The translations under genes and the position numbers were made by a program. Shown piece after piece: positions 26,413 through 38,168 of a stretch of 45,389 bases of DNA (position 1 is its first letter; every line of letters begins with the position of its first letter). This stretch comes from Aquificales bacterium (lineage in GTDB: Bacteria > Aquificota > Aquificia > Aquificales > QOAS01): positions 1-45,389 of the forward strand of contig JALVTI010000046.1 of the NCBI GenBank assembly GCA_027035985.1. Direction: 5' to 3'. The notes under the pieces are model-generated. The model did no database searches and was not told the DNA's origin. It worked only from the letters and a program-made list of their open reading frames with translations.

Positions 26413-28131
26413 TTAAGCCTTTTGTAGTTCCTTCTTTAGCTCCTCAAATTTGTCGAGCGCCTCCTCTATAGGAACGTCAAACCTCTCACCCGTTTTGCGG
26501 ATTTGAATTTCGACCAAACCGTCCTTTACCTTCCTACCCACCACTATGCGGACGGGAATACCTATGAGGTCGGCGTCTTTGAACTTAAAGCCGGCGCGTT
26601 CGTCCCTGTCGTCGATTATTACGTCTATACCCCTGTTTAGGGCTTCCTTATAAAGTTTTTCGGCAACCTCCATTTGTTTTTCGTCGGTGACGTTTAGGGG
26701 GAGTATCTCCAGTTCGAAAGGTGCAACATTTATAGGCCAAATAATTCCGTTTTCGTCGTAGGACTGCTCTACAATCGCCGACATGAGGCGGGAAACCCCT
26801 ATCCCGTAGCAACCCATTACTATCGGCTTTTCTTTTCCGTCCCTGTCGACAAAATAAGCCTGCATCGGTTCGGAATACCTGGTTCCGAGGAGGAAGATAT
26901 GACCTATTTCCAACCCTCTCGAGAGCCTTAGGGGTGCCCCGCACTCGGGACAGGGGTCGCCCTCTTGAACCTCGGCGAGGTCGTAAAACTCCCCATATTC
27001 AAAATCCCTCCCGGGGTTGGCATTTATGTAGTGGTAGTGGGGCTCGTTTGCGGCAACAACTAAATTCTTAACCCCGTATAGGGAGTTATCCCAGAGTATC
27101 CTTTCGACTTTCCCCTCAGGGAGGTTTATGGGACCCACAAACCCCCTTTCGGTTCCCAGTATCTCTTTAATCTCCTCGTCGGTTGCCAAACGGAAGTTGT
27201 CCGTTCCGAGGACTCTTTCCAGTTTGTTCTCGTCCACCTCGCGGTCTCCCCTTATGAGAACCAAAACAGGTTTTCCTTCGACAATGTATAGGAGGCTTTT
27301 GAGTATCTTCCTCGGAGGGACGTTTAGGAATTTGGCGAGTTCCTCTATAGTTCTAACGTTGGGGGTGTGAACCTTTTGGAGGGGTTTTTCCTCTTCCCCT
27401 TCGGGGGTCGGTTTTTGGACGGGAACAATCTCGGCGTTGGCGGCATAGCCGCACTTTTCGCAGTGGGCGACCTTAGCCTCTCCGTAGGGAGTCAGCGCGA
27501 CAAACTCCTCCGATTTCTTACCACCAATCTGACCGGTGTCGGCTAAAACCCTTAGATATTTGAGACCTATGCGGCTGAAAATTCTCTCGTAGGTTTCCCC
27601 CATGAGGTTGTATGCTTCCTCCGCACCCTTGTAGTCGGTGTCGAAAGAATAGGCGTCCTTCATGAGGAATTCTCTCGCCCTTATAAGACCGAAACGGGGT
27701 CTCTTTTCGTCCCTAAACTTGGTCTGAATTTGGTAGAGTATCAGCGGTAGGTCTTTGTAGGATTTGACCTCTTTGCGGACCAGGTCGGTAATCTCTTCCT
27801 CGTGGGTGGGACCCAGGCAGAAATCCCTCCCGTGGCGGTCTTGGAGTTTAAAGAGCTCATCCCCGTAGAGTTCCCATCTACCGGTCTCCTCCCAAAGTTC
27901 GCGGGGATTTAAAACCGTTAAAAGGACTTCCTGCGCCCCCGCTTTGTTCATCTCCTCGCGGACAATATTTTCAATCTTTTTCAAAACCTTTAGCCCTAAC
28001 GGGAGAAATTCGTATATACCGGCGGCGACCTGTCTTATAAAGCCACCCCTAACCAAGAGCTGGTGGGAGGGTGCTATCGCCTCGGAAGGCGCTTCCTTTA
28101 AGGTCGGTATAAAGGCTCTAGACCAACGCAT
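26413..28131 (-). CDS. proS: Prolyl-tRNA synthetase (bacterial type with INS domain)
   Basis: The protein starts at MRWSRAFIPTLKEAPSEAIAPSHQLLVRGGFIRQVAAGIY. Other matches are FRDEKRPRFGLIRAREFLMKDAYSF and GCYGIGVSRL. The 92 extra N-terminal codons of the track ORF run into the pgk promoter region and are rejected. Confidence 0.9.
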   Translation of the reverse strand: MRWSRAFIPTLKEAPSEAIAPSHQLLVRGGFIRQVAAGIYEFLPLGLKVLKKIENIVREEMNKAGAQEVLLTVLNPRELWEETGRWELYGDELFKLQDRHGRDFCLGPTHEEEITDLVRKEVKSYKDLPLILYQIQTKFRDEKRPRFGLIRAREFLMKDAYSFDTDYKGAEEAYNLMGETYERIFSRIGLKYLRVLADTGQIGGKKSEEFVALTPYGEAKVAHCEKCGYAANAEIVPVQKPTPEGEEEKPLQKVHTPNVRTIEELAKFLNVPPRKILKSLLYIVEGKPVLVLIRGDREVDENKLERVLGTDNFRLATDEEIKEILGTERGFVGPINLPEGKVERILWDNSLYGVKNLVVAANEPHYHYINANPGRDFEYGEFYDLAEVQEGDPCPECGAPLRLSRGLEIGHIFLLGTRYSEPMQAYFVDRDGKEKPIVMGCYGIGVSRLMSAIVEQSYDENGIIWPINVAPFELEILPLNVTDEKQMEVAEKLYKEALNRGIDVIIDDRDERAGFKFKDADLIGIPVRIVVGRKVKDGLVEIQIRKTGERFDVPIEEALDKFEELKKELQKA

Positions 28132-28224
28132 TAAGTGTTTTATTCTCCCTTTAAAGGGTCTGTTAGCTATTTGCTTTTCCCACAACCGAAATCCCTTGCT
28201 GATAGTTCCTACAATAGGAAACCT

Positions 28225-29415
28225 ATGCTCACCAAGAAGACCTTGAGGGATATAGATGTTAGGAATAAGAAAGCCCTTGTTAGGGTCGATTTCAACGTTC
28301 CCATAGACGAGCAGGGGAATATCGTCGACGACCTCCGTATAAGGGCTGCCCTTCCCACGATAGAATATCTCCTCGACCAGAAGTCGGTTGTGGTTTTGAT
28401 GTCCCACCTCGGCAGACCCAAAGGGCGCGATGAAAGGTATTCCCTAAAACCGGTGGCAAAGCGCCTTTCCAGACTTATAGGACAGGAGGTGATATTTGCG
28501 CCCGACTGCGTCGGGGAAGAGGTTGAGGAGATAGTAAACAACGCCAAACCGGGCGACGTAATACTGCTGGAGAACCTTCGCTTCCACCCCGGGGAGACCA
28601 AGGGGGACATCGAGTTTGCCAAAGGTCTCGCAAAGCTCGGCGACTTTTACATAGGCGACGCCTTCGGAACCTGCCACAGAAATCACGCCTCAACCTACGT
28701 GGTTCCCCAGATACTGAAGCCCGCCGTGATGGGTTTTCTCCTCGAAAAGGAGATTACCTACTTCACCAAGGCGCTCGTTAACCCCCAAAGACCGGTTGTC
28801 GCCATTTTGGGCGGTGCGAAGGTTTCCTCCAAGCTGGCGGTAATAAAAAACCTCCTAAAGAGGGTTGACAAACTCTTTATCGGCGGTGCGATGGCGTTTA
28901 CCTTCCTAAAGGCTTTGGGCTACAACGTCGGCAGCTCCCTGGTGGAGGATGAGCTTATAGACACCGCCCGCGACATTGTCGATATAGCCAAAAAACTAGA
29001 CGTGAAGCTATACCTACCAGTGGACTTCCTCATAGGTAAGGAGGTGAGCGACAATACCCCCACCAAATTGGTCGCTTGGCAGGAAATACCCGACGGGTGG
29101 ATGGGATTGGATATAGGCCCCGCCTCCCTCAAGCTCGCCGAGGAAATACTTTCCGACGCCCAAACCATTATTTGGAACGGTCCCATGGGGGTTTTTGAAC
29201 TGGATAGGTTTAAGGAGGGAACGTTCGGCATAGCCCGCCTTGTAGCCGAAAGCCCCGCCCTAACGATAGCGGGCGGAGGGGATACCGACTACGCCATACA
29301 CAAGGCGGGCGTCTACAACGCCATAAGCTGGGTATCCACCGGCGGTGGGGCATTCCTCGAACTGCTTTCCGGCAATACCCTCCCCTGCATAGAGGTTCTC
29401 GATGACCGCATTTAA
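28225..29415 (+). CDS. pgk: Phosphoglycerate kinase
   Basis: MLTKKTLRDIDVRNKKALVRVDFNVP...SHLGRPKG...NLRFH.GE...GGAKVSSK...GGGDT. The start is reset from 28135 to ATG 28225. Confidence 0.95.
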   Translation: MLTKKTLRDIDVRNKKALVRVDFNVPIDEQGNIVDDLRIRAALPTIEYLLDQKSVVVLMSHLGRPKGRDERYSLKPVAKRLSRLIGQEVIFAPDCVGEEVEEIVNNAKPGDVILLENLRFHPGETKGDIEFAKGLAKLGDFYIGDAFGTCHRNHASTYVVPQILKPAVMGFLLEKEITYFTKALVNPQRPVVAILGGAKVSSKLAVIKNLLKRVDKLFIGGAMAFTFLKALGYNVGSSLVEDELIDTARDIVDIAKKLDVKLYLPVDFLIGKEVSDNTPTKLVAWQEIPDGWMGLDIGPASLKLAEEILSDAQTIIWNGPMGVFELDRFKEGTFGIARLVAESPALTIAGGGDTDYAIHKAGVYNAISWVSTGGGAFLELLSGNTLPCIEVLDDRI

Positions 29416-30140
29416 TATCCTTCAAACAACCTGTATCCCAACTCGGGGGGTAACCCCCTCCTTAAAACCTCTTTTAGGACTCTCTCCTTATCGAAATCGA
29501 CCCTCTTGCGGATTAACAGCTTCTTTTCCCTGTCCCATATCGCGAAGGAAGCGAGCGGCACGCCGTCGCGCGGTTGACCCACGCTCCCCGGATTTATCAG
29601 ATAGCGGGCATTATCTTTCAACTCCACACGTTGGGAGTTGTAATAGACGTTTAACCCTTCGGAGGAATATTCGTAAACGACCGGTATATGGGTATGTCCG
29701 TAAACGGTGAACCTCCTTTCGGCGTTTTGAAGAACTTCCAGTGCCTGCTGGGGGTAGAGGATATACTCCATCGACATAGGGCGGAGAGGTGTGTCGTGAA
29801 CCAGAAGGGTGTCGTTCAAATCCTCCACCACCGGTAGGGAAGAGATGAACCTCTTATTCTCCTCCGATAGGTTTTTCATAGTCCAGACGATAGCCTCGTA
29901 GGCGGAGGAGGAAAAGTATTCGGGATTTACCAACCCCGCTATAACGGCGTCGTGGTTTCCCAAAACGCAACGCTCCACATTTTCCCTAACCCACTCGCAA
30001 ACTTCGTTCGCCCAGGGGTAGTAGCCGACTATATCCCCGGCACACCAAACGGTGTCGTAACCGAGCCTTTTCGCCTCCCCGATAACTGCCTCGAGGGCGG
30101 GCAGATTCCCGTGAATGTCCGAAATTAAAAGCACCCTCAT
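29412..30140 (-). CDS. Metallophosphoesterase (calcineurin-like, YfcE/MJ0936-type)
   Basis: MRVLLISDIHGN...WCAGDIVGY...LGNHD...GHTH are the phosphoesterase motifs I-IV. Confidence 0.8.
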   Translation of the reverse strand: MRVLLISDIHGNLPALEAVIGEAKRLGYDTVWCAGDIVGYYPWANEVCEWVRENVERCVLGNHDAVIAGLVNPEYFSSSAYEAIVWTMKNLSEENKRFISSLPVVEDLNDTLLVHDTPLRPMSMEYILYPQQALEVLQNAERRFTVYGHTHIPVVYEYSSEGLNVYYNSQRVELKDNARYLINPGSVGQPRDGVPLASFAIWDREKKLLIRKRVDFDKERVLKEVLRRGLPPELGYRLFEGY

Positions 30141-30371
30141 AGGGGATAGAAATTGGAAAAATTAATCTCCTTCCGAGGAAATTAAAGTCAGTCTCTTTTC
30201 AATAGGAATTCTCACCGTAGGAACATATATCGTTAAATAATCCGTTCATAAGGTCTTACCTTATCCAAAGCCATTAAGTTGGATTTCTGTATCCTATGAA
30301 AGTTTCTTCAAACTAATTTAATCAAAAAAGGAACTATTAAGAATTATTAAAAAGGTAAAAATCAAAAATAA

Positions 30372-30752
30372 TTACTCTACAAATTCTATAATAGCGAGTT
30401 CGGCACTATCTCCTCTGCGGGGATTGGGCAGTTTAACAATTCTTACATATCCCCCATTTCTTTCCGCAAAACGGGGTCCCAAATCTTCAAAAAGTTTAGC
30501 AACCGCTTCTTTATCGGGCAAAAGACTCAAAGCCTCTCTTCTGTAATGAAGTTTTTTTATTTTGTCATCGGTAGCTTCGGCTTTCCTCGCCAAGGTAATC
30601 AACCTCTCTATAAAGGGGCGCAACGCTTTTGCCTTTTCTACACCGGTTGTTATTCTCTCTTCGAGAATTAAAGCTCTGGCAAGAGACCTAAAAAGTGCTT
30701 TTCTCTGTTCTTTTGTTCTATCAAAATGCTTCTTTTTTACTCTATGCCTCAT
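30372..30752 (-). CDS. rplQ: 50S ribosomal protein L17
   Basis: [36 protein letters not shown]...GGYVRIVKL is the L17 signature. It follows rpoA. Confidence 0.95.
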   Translation of the reverse strand: MRHRVKKKHFDRTKEQRKALFRSLARALILEERITTGVEKAKALRPFIERLITLARKAEATDDKIKKLHYRREALSLLPDKEAVAKLFEDLGPRFAERNGGYVRIVKLPNPRRGDSAELAIIEFVE

Positions 30753-31720
30753 TTTTGACCTCCTTTGTAATTAACATTCATTCCCAGGGAAAGCCCCAAT
30801 TCTGCTAGGGCTTTTTTAATTTCCATTAAGGCTTTTCTTCCTATATTTTTAGTTTCCTTTAATTCCTCCTCGGTAAGTTTAACCAAATCCCCTAGAGTGT
30901 GTACTCCATATTTTTTAAGGGAGTTTAAAGCTCTTGCAGATATATCCAATTCCTCAACAGAAAGGGTTAATTTCTCTTCCAATTCATTTTTTTCTACCTT
31001 GATAGGAGCTTGAGGTATTTCTTCAGAAATATCGGCTAAAGGTTCTAGATATTTAAGAAGTATCTGTCGGGCTTCCTGAACCGCTATATCTGGAGTTTTG
31101 GCACCATTAGTCCAAACTTCTAGAATCAACCTTTCGTAGTCGGTTTTTTTCTGAAATCTCGCCGGTTCAGCTCTGAAGGCAACCTTTTTAACGGGATTAA
31201 AATCGCAATCTATAGCTATCCAACCTATTTCCCCGAATTGTTCCATATCCTCAACCGGGATATAACCCCTTCCCCTCTCCACACGGATTTCCATTTTTAC
31301 CTTTGCATTTTCATCGGTTAGCGTAAAGAGATGTAAGTCGGGATTCAGTATCTTAACAGTGGGAGGGGTTTTGATATCTCCAGCCTTAACCTCTCCCGGC
31401 CCTTCCTTCTCCAAGTATAGAATTTCCACATCGGTGCCCGGTTCCATTTGAACTATTAGGGATTTCAGGTTTAGGATAACGTCGGTTACATCTTCAACCG
31501 CACCGGGTAGGGATGTGAATTCGTGATATAGTCCTTCTATTTTTATACCGGTAACCCCGGCTCCCTCAATGGATGAAAGCAAAACCCTTCTCAAGGCGTT
31601 CCCTATGGTCGTGGCGTATCCCCTGGGTAGGGGACCCATTACCAACTTTCCGTAGGTAGGTTCTAACTCTTCCCAATAGGTTTTGATATTTTCCAAATCC
31701 ACAAGATTGGTATAAGGCAT
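30749..31720 (-). CDS. rpoA: DNA-directed RNA polymerase alpha subunit
   Basis: [35 protein letters not shown] in the N-terminal domain, and [23 protein letters not shown] in the C-terminal domain. ATG 31720 is preferred over TTG 31738. Confidence 0.95.
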   Translation of the reverse strand: MPYTNLVDLENIKTYWEELEPTYGKLVMGPLPRGYATTIGNALRRVLLSSIEGAGVTGIKIEGLYHEFTSLPGAVEDVTDVILNLKSLIVQMEPGTDVEILYLEKEGPGEVKAGDIKTPPTVKILNPDLHLFTLTDENAKVKMEIRVERGRGYIPVEDMEQFGEIGWIAIDCDFNPVKKVAFRAEPARFQKKTDYERLILEVWTNGAKTPDIAVQEARQILLKYLEPLADISEEIPQAPIKVEKNELEEKLTLSVEELDISARALNSLKKYGVHTLGDLVKLTEEELKETKNIGRKALMEIKKALAELGLSLGMNVNYKGGQK

Positions 31721-31744
31721 AAGAAAAAACCCCCCCAAAGGGTA

Positions 31745-32380
31745 TTAAACTTTGGAGTAGAACTCAATAATGTACTGCAGATTAATAGGAATTTCGAGAT
31801 AGTCCTGAACCCTTTCGGGTAGATTTACCACTTTACCCCTAAAGTTCTGTTTATCGAGTTCCAACCAAGCGGGAACACTACGGGGGTCTTTATTTTCCAG
31901 ATTTTCCTGTATGAATTTGATATTTCTGGATTTGGGCTTAACCTCAATAATATCGCCTACATCTACCCTATAGGAGGGTATGGTTACCTTTTTGCCGTTA
32001 ACCAATATATGTCCGTGGGAAACCAACTGACGGGCTTGTCTGCGGGTCTTTGCAAAACCCAGTCTGTAAACTACGTTATCCAGTCTTCTTTCCAATAGTT
32101 GCAAAAAGACTTCTCCGGTGTTTTCCTTTGCCTTGGTAGCCTCGTCGAAATACCTCTTAAATTGACCTTCTCTGATACCGCCGTAGAGGAATTTCAACTT
32201 CTGTTTTTCCATCAAGCGAATACCGTATTCGGAGATTCTTTTTCTTCTACCAAACTTTCTTCCGTGTTGTCCGGGAGGGAAGTTTCTCTTTCCGAGTATT
32301 TTGGGGGCACTTTCCTTTCCGGAAACTACTACACCAAACCTTCTATCTATTTTTACCCAAGGACCTATATACCTACCCAT
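31745..32380 (-). CDS. rpsD: 30S ribosomal protein S4
   Basis: MGRYIGP...[17 protein letters not shown]...[34 protein letters not shown]. Confidence 0.95.
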   Translation of the reverse strand: MGRYIGPWVKIDRRFGVVVSGKESAPKILGKRNFPPGQHGRKFGRRKRISEYGIRLMEKQKLKFLYGGIREGQFKRYFDEATKAKENTGEVFLQLLERRLDNVVYRLGFAKTRRQARQLVSHGHILVNGKKVTIPSYRVDVGDIIEVKPKSRNIKFIQENLENKDPRSVPAWLELDKQNFRGKVVNLPERVQDYLEIPINLQYIIEFYSKV

Positions 32381-32383
32381 CAG

Positions 32384-32770
32384 TTAAACCCTCCTTTTAG
32401 CAGGCGGTCTGCAACCGTTGTGAGGTATGGGAGTAACGTCCCTTATAGCGGTTACCTTTACCCCACTGGCAAAAACCGCTCTTATGGCGGATTCCCTACC
32501 TGCACCGGGTCCTTTAACCCAGATTTCCACCTCTTGCAGACCGTAATCGTTAATAGCCCTCCTCATAGCCCTTTGGGCTGCAAGCTGTGCAGCATAGGGA
32601 GTGGATTTACGGGTTCCCTTATAACCAACGGTTCCACCCGATTCCCAGGAAAGGGTATTTCCCTGTTCGTCGGTAACGGTTACTATGGTGTTGTTAAAGG
32701 TTGCTTGTATATGAACTATACCTTTTGTAACCGTTCTTTTAACCTTTTTCTTTCCGCCTTTTCTCGCCAT
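32384..32770 (-). CDS. rpsK: 30S ribosomal protein S11
   Basis: [20 protein letters not shown]...GFKG-like [13 protein letters not shown]...[14 protein letters not shown]...[19 protein letters not shown]-like. Confidence 0.95.
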   Translation of the reverse strand: MARKGGKKKVKRTVTKGIVHIQATFNNTIVTVTDEQGNTLSWESGGTVGYKGTRKSTPYAAQLAAQRAMRRAINDYGLQEVEIWVKGPGAGRESAIRAVFASGVKVTAIRDVTPIPHNGCRPPAKRRV

Positions 32771-32786
32771 ACCTCAAGCCTCCCTT

Positions 32787-33137
32787 TTATTTCCTCTTCC
32801 TTTTCTTTCTAGTTTTGGCATTGGTTTTAGTTTGTTGACCTCTAACAGGGAGATTCCTAACGTGCCTGATACCCCTGTAGCACCCCATATCTATCAGTTT
32901 TCTGATATTGAGAAGAACTTCCCTTCTCAGGTCACCCTCTACTTTGTAGTGTTCGTCTATATACTTCCTAATTAGGTTTAGTTCTTCGGGGGTTAATTCA
33001 CCCACGCGTTTGGTGCAATCTATACCAGTTTGCTTGCAGATTTCTTTAGCCCTATACTTTCCTATACCGTAGATATAGGTTAAAGCTATCTCCAATTTTT
33101 TGTGGTTCGGTAGATCGACACCCGCTATCCTAGCCAT
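32787..33137 (-). CDS. rpsM: 30S ribosomal protein S13
   Basis: [26 protein letters not shown]...[21 protein letters not shown]. Confidence 0.95.
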   Translation of the reverse strand: MARIAGVDLPNHKKLEIALTYIYGIGKYRAKEICKQTGIDCTKRVGELTPEELNLIRKYIDEHYKVEGDLRREVLLNIRKLIDMGCYRGIRHVRNLPVRGQQTKTNAKTRKKRKRK

Positions 33138-33139
33138 AA

Positions 33140-33256
33140 TTACCTCCCCTGTCTTTGTTTATGTTTGGGATTCTCACATATTACGTAAACCCTACCTTTA
33201 CGCCTTACAATTTTGCATTTTGCACAAATCTTTTTAACGGAAGGTCTGACTTTCAT
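33140..33256 (-). CDS. rpmJ: 50S ribosomal protein L36 (too short to appear in the ORF track)
   Basis: Hand translation of the minus strand gives [49 protein letters not shown] precedes the ATG. The stop lies 2 nt before the rpsM ATG. Confidence 0.9.
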   Translation of the reverse strand: MKVRPSVKKICAKCKIVRRKGRVYVICENPKHKQRQGR

Positions 33257-33297
33257 TTTCCTCCTCCTAGGTAAGTCGAAAAAGACCAAGTCTAATA

Positions 33298-33306
33298 ATT
33301 ATAACA
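33298..33306 (-). promoter_or_regulatory. Candidate extended -10 promoter (TGTTATAAT) for rpmJ-rpsM-rpsK-rpsD-rpoA-rplQ
   Basis: The minus strand reads TGTTATAAT about 40 nt upstream of the rpmJ ATG, abutting the tsaD stop. No good -35 lies at a 17-bp spacing. Confidence 0.35.
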
Positions 33307-33308
33307 TT

Positions 33309-34343
<1,035 letters not shown>

Positions 34344-36449
34344 TTATTCGTTAATAATTTTAGCGGTTATAAAGACTAATAATTCTTGGTCGTTTTTTTG
34401 AAGATTTACACTTTTAAAAAGCCATCCTAAAAGTGGGATACTTTTTAAATAAGGTACTCCATTTTCACTATTAGTATGGGAACGTTTTACAACTCCTCCT
34501 ATAACTATAGTGCTTCCATCAGGAATTATTAAACTATCGCTGATTCTAAAAGTATTGATAGGAGGTGCCTGCCCTGCCACAAAAACACCAGGCTCATCTT
34601 TTGTAAGTTGAAGATTTAATAAAATTCTCCCATCCGGGAGTAGGATAGGTTGAACTGTTAACTCAATATTAGCTGTTGCAAATTCTACAGTAGTCCCTCC
34701 ATTCTCAGCACTAGCTTGGTAGGGAATTTGTACACCCCTTGTTATTGTAGCTTTTTGATCATTTAAAAGAATTAAAGTTGGATTATCTAATGTTTTAGCC
34801 ATATTTATACTTTCCAGTGCTGACAGTTGTAAAGATATGGGATTAAATTTTTTATATGCTAATTGCACAGCAAGATTAAAGGTGGAATTTGTACCCTGTA
34901 AATAACTTTCCCCTACCATAGAAAGTAAACTTTTACTTCCAGCTCCACCAAAAGTATATCCACCATAATTTTGATATCCTATGGACGTAGGAGTTCCAGC
35001 ATAAACAAAAGCCCAGTTTATTCCTAAACTCTTCGCAAAACTTTTGTTAATACTTACAAATTTAACGGAAACCTTAATCTTTATAGGATTTTGACTTAAA
35101 AATCTTCCAAAAACTTTTTCTATCATAGCTATATTGGTTGGATAATCGGTAATTTCAAAAGCTCGTGCTTTAGATATATACTCAATAGTCCCTTTCCTAG
35201 AAAGATATTCTTTTATTTCCTGCTCTATTTTTTTGGGGCTACCAAATTTGATATAAAAAATTTTAGTCATTAAATTATCAAAATTATTATTTTTATTTAT
35301 ATAAATTCCTAATTTTTTTTCAATTTTATTAATAACTTTGGGAGTAGCAATAACAGTTACAGCATTAAACAAGGGATCTACGGAAAATATTACTTGATTA
35401 CCAAAGTATAGATTTAGTAATCGAATAAAATCCTTTGTACTGATATTTTTTAAATAAAAAACTTTAGTAACCACATTACTTACTTTTTGTAGAACCAAGG
35501 GATAAGCATCCCTGTCAGTATAAATTCGATAAGAATCCTTACTTATTTTTTGTATATATAAATGAAAATTTTTCTTTAATAGATCTAATGCCTCGCTTAA
35601 TGTTAAGCATTTTAAAGCCAAATGAACTTCACTTGCTCCCTTAACTTCTTCTAATTTCTTCGGTTCATAAATGAACTGTACATTAAATAACTTTTCGAAA
35701 ATTTTTAAAACCTCTAATAAGCTAACATTATCTATATAAAGATTACTAATACGACTAATCTGCTTACATTTGGATTTATATTGATAAATTTTTTTTACAC
35801 CGTTTTCACACAAAAAATAAGGTATTAACTTAATCTGATTATTGGATAGGGAAATAATATATCTTTTGCATAGATTATTATTACATATATCTACATAATT
35901 CTGCAAATTAGGATTTTTGCATTCAAAAGTCCTATTTTGCTCTTGTAGAGCATAGCCTAAAATTTCTTTACTTATTATTAATAAGTGTTTTTTTGGTATA
36001 AAACTTACTTTCAAATTTTTATTTTTCTTTTTAATTTCCTGGATTAAAAAGTTAATTAAAGTTTTAAAAGGAAGATTCTTTTTATAAAGAAGAATATAAG
36101 ATGGTTTAAATTGTAAGTTTGTATCAAAAACATATTGAAATCCTCCTATATCTGCTAGGATCTTTAATAAAGATATTGCTGGTAAAGTTCGCTTTAAATC
36201 CACCGTTATAGTATTATGCAAATTGCATTTTCCTTCCTTAGTTTGTACTAAAAGATATTTTTGAGATATTTGATTTATAAAACTAGCCAAATTCACTTTT
36301 TTAATGCTAATATTACTTTTCTCGTTAGAAACTAAAATAGAGTATTCCGCCCCACCACTACATTTAATACTACCTACAAATGTATAATCCCTAACTTGTC
36401 CAAAAGTTAGAAAAGGTAAAATAGTTAATAGCAATCTAAGTATTTTCAT
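34344..36449 (-). CDS. Secretin (PilQ-like outer-membrane channel)
   Basis: 701 aa with a signal peptide MKILRLLLTILPFLTFG. The C-terminal secretin domain reads NPTLILLNDQKATITRGVQIPY...TVQPILLPDGRILLNLQ...IIPDGSTIVIGGVV......GVPYLKSIPLLGWLFKS.....ELLVFITAKII. The long K/N/I-rich N-terminal region has no recognisable match. Confidence 0.85.
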   Translation of the reverse strand: MKILRLLLTILPFLTFGQVRDYTFVGSIKCSGGAEYSILVSNEKSNISIKKVNLASFINQISQKYLLVQTKEGKCNLHNTITVDLKRTLPAISLLKILADIGGFQYVFDTNLQFKPSYILLYKKNLPFKTLINFLIQEIKKKNKNLKVSFIPKKHLLIISKEILGYALQEQNRTFECKNPNLQNYVDICNNNLCKRYIISLSNNQIKLIPYFLCENGVKKIYQYKSKCKQISRISNLYIDNVSLLEVLKIFEKLFNVQFIYEPKKLEEVKGASEVHLALKCLTLSEALDLLKKNFHLYIQKISKDSYRIYTDRDAYPLVLQKVSNVVTKVFYLKNISTKDFIRLLNLYFGNQVIFSVDPLFNAVTVIATPKVINKIEKKLGIYINKNNNFDNLMTKIFYIKFGSPKKIEQEIKEYLSRKGTIEYISKARAFEITDYPTNIAMIEKVFGRFLSQNPIKIKVSVKFVSINKSFAKSLGINWAFVYAGTPTSIGYQNYGGYTFGGAGSKSLLSMVGESYLQGTNSTFNLAVQLAYKKFNPISLQLSALESINMAKTLDNPTLILLNDQKATITRGVQIPYQASAENGGTTVEFATANIELTVQPILLPDGRILLNLQLTKDEPGVFVAGQAPPINTFRISDSLIIPDGSTIVIGGVVKRSHTNSENGVPYLKSIPLLGWLFKSVNLQKNDQELLVFITAKIINE

Positions 36450-36451
36450 AT

Positions 36452-37258
36452 CTATAGTCCCTCCCTTTTAAGTGTAATATCCCAACCAAAGAAGTATTGA
36501 GAATTTATAACACCTTTGAAGAGTAAAGAACTATCTATAGCTGTTGAAGTTGGAATATATACTGCTTTTTTCAAATTAGAAACTATACCTTCTAAGTATA
36601 CAGGCTCTAAATTCAAAAAACCTTCCTTATTTCTCTTTAAAAGAAGTTTTATTAAGCCTTTATCGTAGGAAACCTGTACTGAAGCCGTTATTTTTTCTTG
36701 ATTTTGTATATATTTACGCCATCTTTTATAAAATATATACATAGCTAATTTAAAGTATTTTACAGAATCAGGTTTTATTTGTGTGTCCGCTAAAGTAATT
36801 CCCTCTATATAACTTGGAAGATAAAATTTTTCCTTTACATTAAATTTTTCCAATCTATAAGGATTTATTAAATTTTTATACCAAGCTTTTTTTTCCGCTT
36901 CTATTTGATATATTTTTTTATTAATATTTTCTATTAATTCATGAACTTTAATGGGAGTAAAATATTTTGAAACTTCTCTATAAGCCAATTGTAAATCTTT
37001 AATTTTATTTTTATATTTAATGAATTTTTCCTCTTTTTTCTTTAAACTTTTAAATAAGATGTTTTCTTGGTTCTTTAATATCAAATATTCTGCATAGTAC
37101 TGGTATACCTTGAATCCTAGAAGGGAAAACCAAATTATAAAACTATATAGCCCTATTAACTTAATCCAATCTATTAATGGCTTTCCTAAGATTGGGAAAT
37201 ATAGAATATCTAGTATACGAGGAAATACTGTAGAAATTAATTTAGTAACAATACTCAT
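36452..37258 (-). CDS. PilO-like bitopic protein (hypothetical)
   Basis: One TM helix (LIGLYSFIIWFSLLGF), then a coiled coil and an alpha/beta domain. Its position is immediately upstream of the secretin, with the stop 2 nt before the secretin ATG. ATG 37258 has GGAG 6 nt upstream and is preferred over the track start at 37297. Confidence 0.45.
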   Translation of the reverse strand: MSIVTKLISTVFPRILDILYFPILGKPLIDWIKLIGLYSFIIWFSLLGFKVYQYYAEYLILKNQENILFKSLKKKEEKFIKYKNKIKDLQLAYREVSKYFTPIKVHELIENINKKIYQIEAEKKAWYKNLINPYRLEKFNVKEKFYLPSYIEGITLADTQIKPDSVKYFKLAMYIFYKRWRKYIQNQEKITASVQVSYDKGLIKLLLKRNKEGFLNLEPVYLEGIVSNLKKAVYIPTSTAIDSSLLFKGVINSQYFFGWDITLKREGL

Positions 37259-37268
37259 TTTTCTCCTC

Positions 37269-38168
37269 TCAATAAATTTGTTTAATACATATAGCATCTA
37301 AGGATGCTTCTATTTGAAGAGAATTTCTAAAGAATATTTCCTTTTTATACTCTTTATTAATAATAAGATTATCACAAAACTCTTTCAATTCTTTCAATTT
37401 GCTTTTATATATCTTTGCCGAAGCTACTACAATATTAACAGGAAATATTAATGTAACCGGAGTATGTATCTTAGAAGGATTAAGTCCATATTTCATTAAG
37501 CCATACTCAAGTAATAAATTAGCTTTTATATTTTTATCCTTAATTTCAGAAATATTTCTTTCAAAATTCCTATCAATTTTAAAAGGTTCAATATATAATA
37601 CAAAATTTCTATTTATTTTCTTCTCTTTTAGAAAAGGATTTACCTCTATCCTTTCATATTGTATTTTATGTACTTTTGTAGGTAAATAGTATTTATATCC
37701 CCACGAATTTTTCAAATAATAAATATTTGGATATGCTACAAATCCTATAAACGGTGAACTGGTATTTATAAGTTTACTAAACTTATTAACAGCGTCCCAT
37801 ATTTTGGGAATAACCTGCTCATGATACCAAATATAAAAGATTTTTTCCTTAAGGGTTGGAATATAAAATTTTGTAAACTCCTTGTAGGATAATTCTAGTA
37901 AACGTTCAGTCCTTTTTATTTCTATATCTTTGAAAAGAAGCTCCCGTCTAAGCTTTTGAATTTTTTCTTTTTTAGCCTCTATAAGACTAGAGGCTAAATA
38001 ATTCTCTACAAATAGAGAAATAAACCCAAACCCTGAAAGCAAAGCTAAAATTAATTCTTTACTTTTAAGTTTTTGCTTTAAAGCTATTAAAGTAAACCGA
38101 AAACTCCACCTTTTTTTTGTTGTAAAATTAATATTAATTAATTTTTTCTTACTTTGAAAGTCAAACAT
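37269..38168 (-). CDS. PilN-like bitopic protein (hypothetical)
   Basis: The N-terminal KKLININF resembles the PilN INLLP motif. It is followed by one TM helix (LILALLSGFGFISLFV) and a coiled coil (KKEKIQKLRRELLFKDIEIKRTERLLEL). The start overlaps the upstream stop as ATGTTTGA. Confidence 0.45.
   Translation of the reverse strand: MFDFQSKKKLININFTTKKRWSFRFTLIALKQKLKSKELILALLSGFGFISLFVENYLASSLIEAKKEKIQKLRRELLFKDIEIKRTERLLELSYKEFTKFYIPTLKEKIFYIWYHEQVIPKIWDAVNKFSKLINTSSPFIGFVAYPNIYYLKNSWGYKYYLPTKVHKIQYERIEVNPFLKEKKINRNFVLYIEPFKIDRNFERNISEIKDKNIKANLLLEYGLMKYGLNPSKIHTPVTLIFPVNIVVASAKIYKSKLKELKEFCDNLIINKEYKKEIFFRNSLQIEASLDAICIKQIY

Noticed and set aside
28132-28407. 92-codon N-terminal extension of the proS ORF and 30-codon extension of the pgk ORF, which would make the two divergent genes overlap.
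   Set aside because: Both proteins align to their families from internal Met codons (MRWSRAFIPTLKE..., MLTKKTLRDIDV...). The extensions have no homology and would delete the shared promoter region.
30141-30371. 231-nt AT-rich non-coding spacer between rplQ and the metallophosphoesterase gene, considered as a possible ncRNA. It contains the hairpin ATAAGGT-CTT-ACCTTAT at about 30252-30268.
   Set aside because: There is no GC-rich structure of the kind expected for stable RNAs in a thermophile-like genome. There are no promoter or terminator pairs and no recognisable 6S, SRP, tmRNA or RNase P features. It probably holds only the rplQ 3' UTR and the next promoter.
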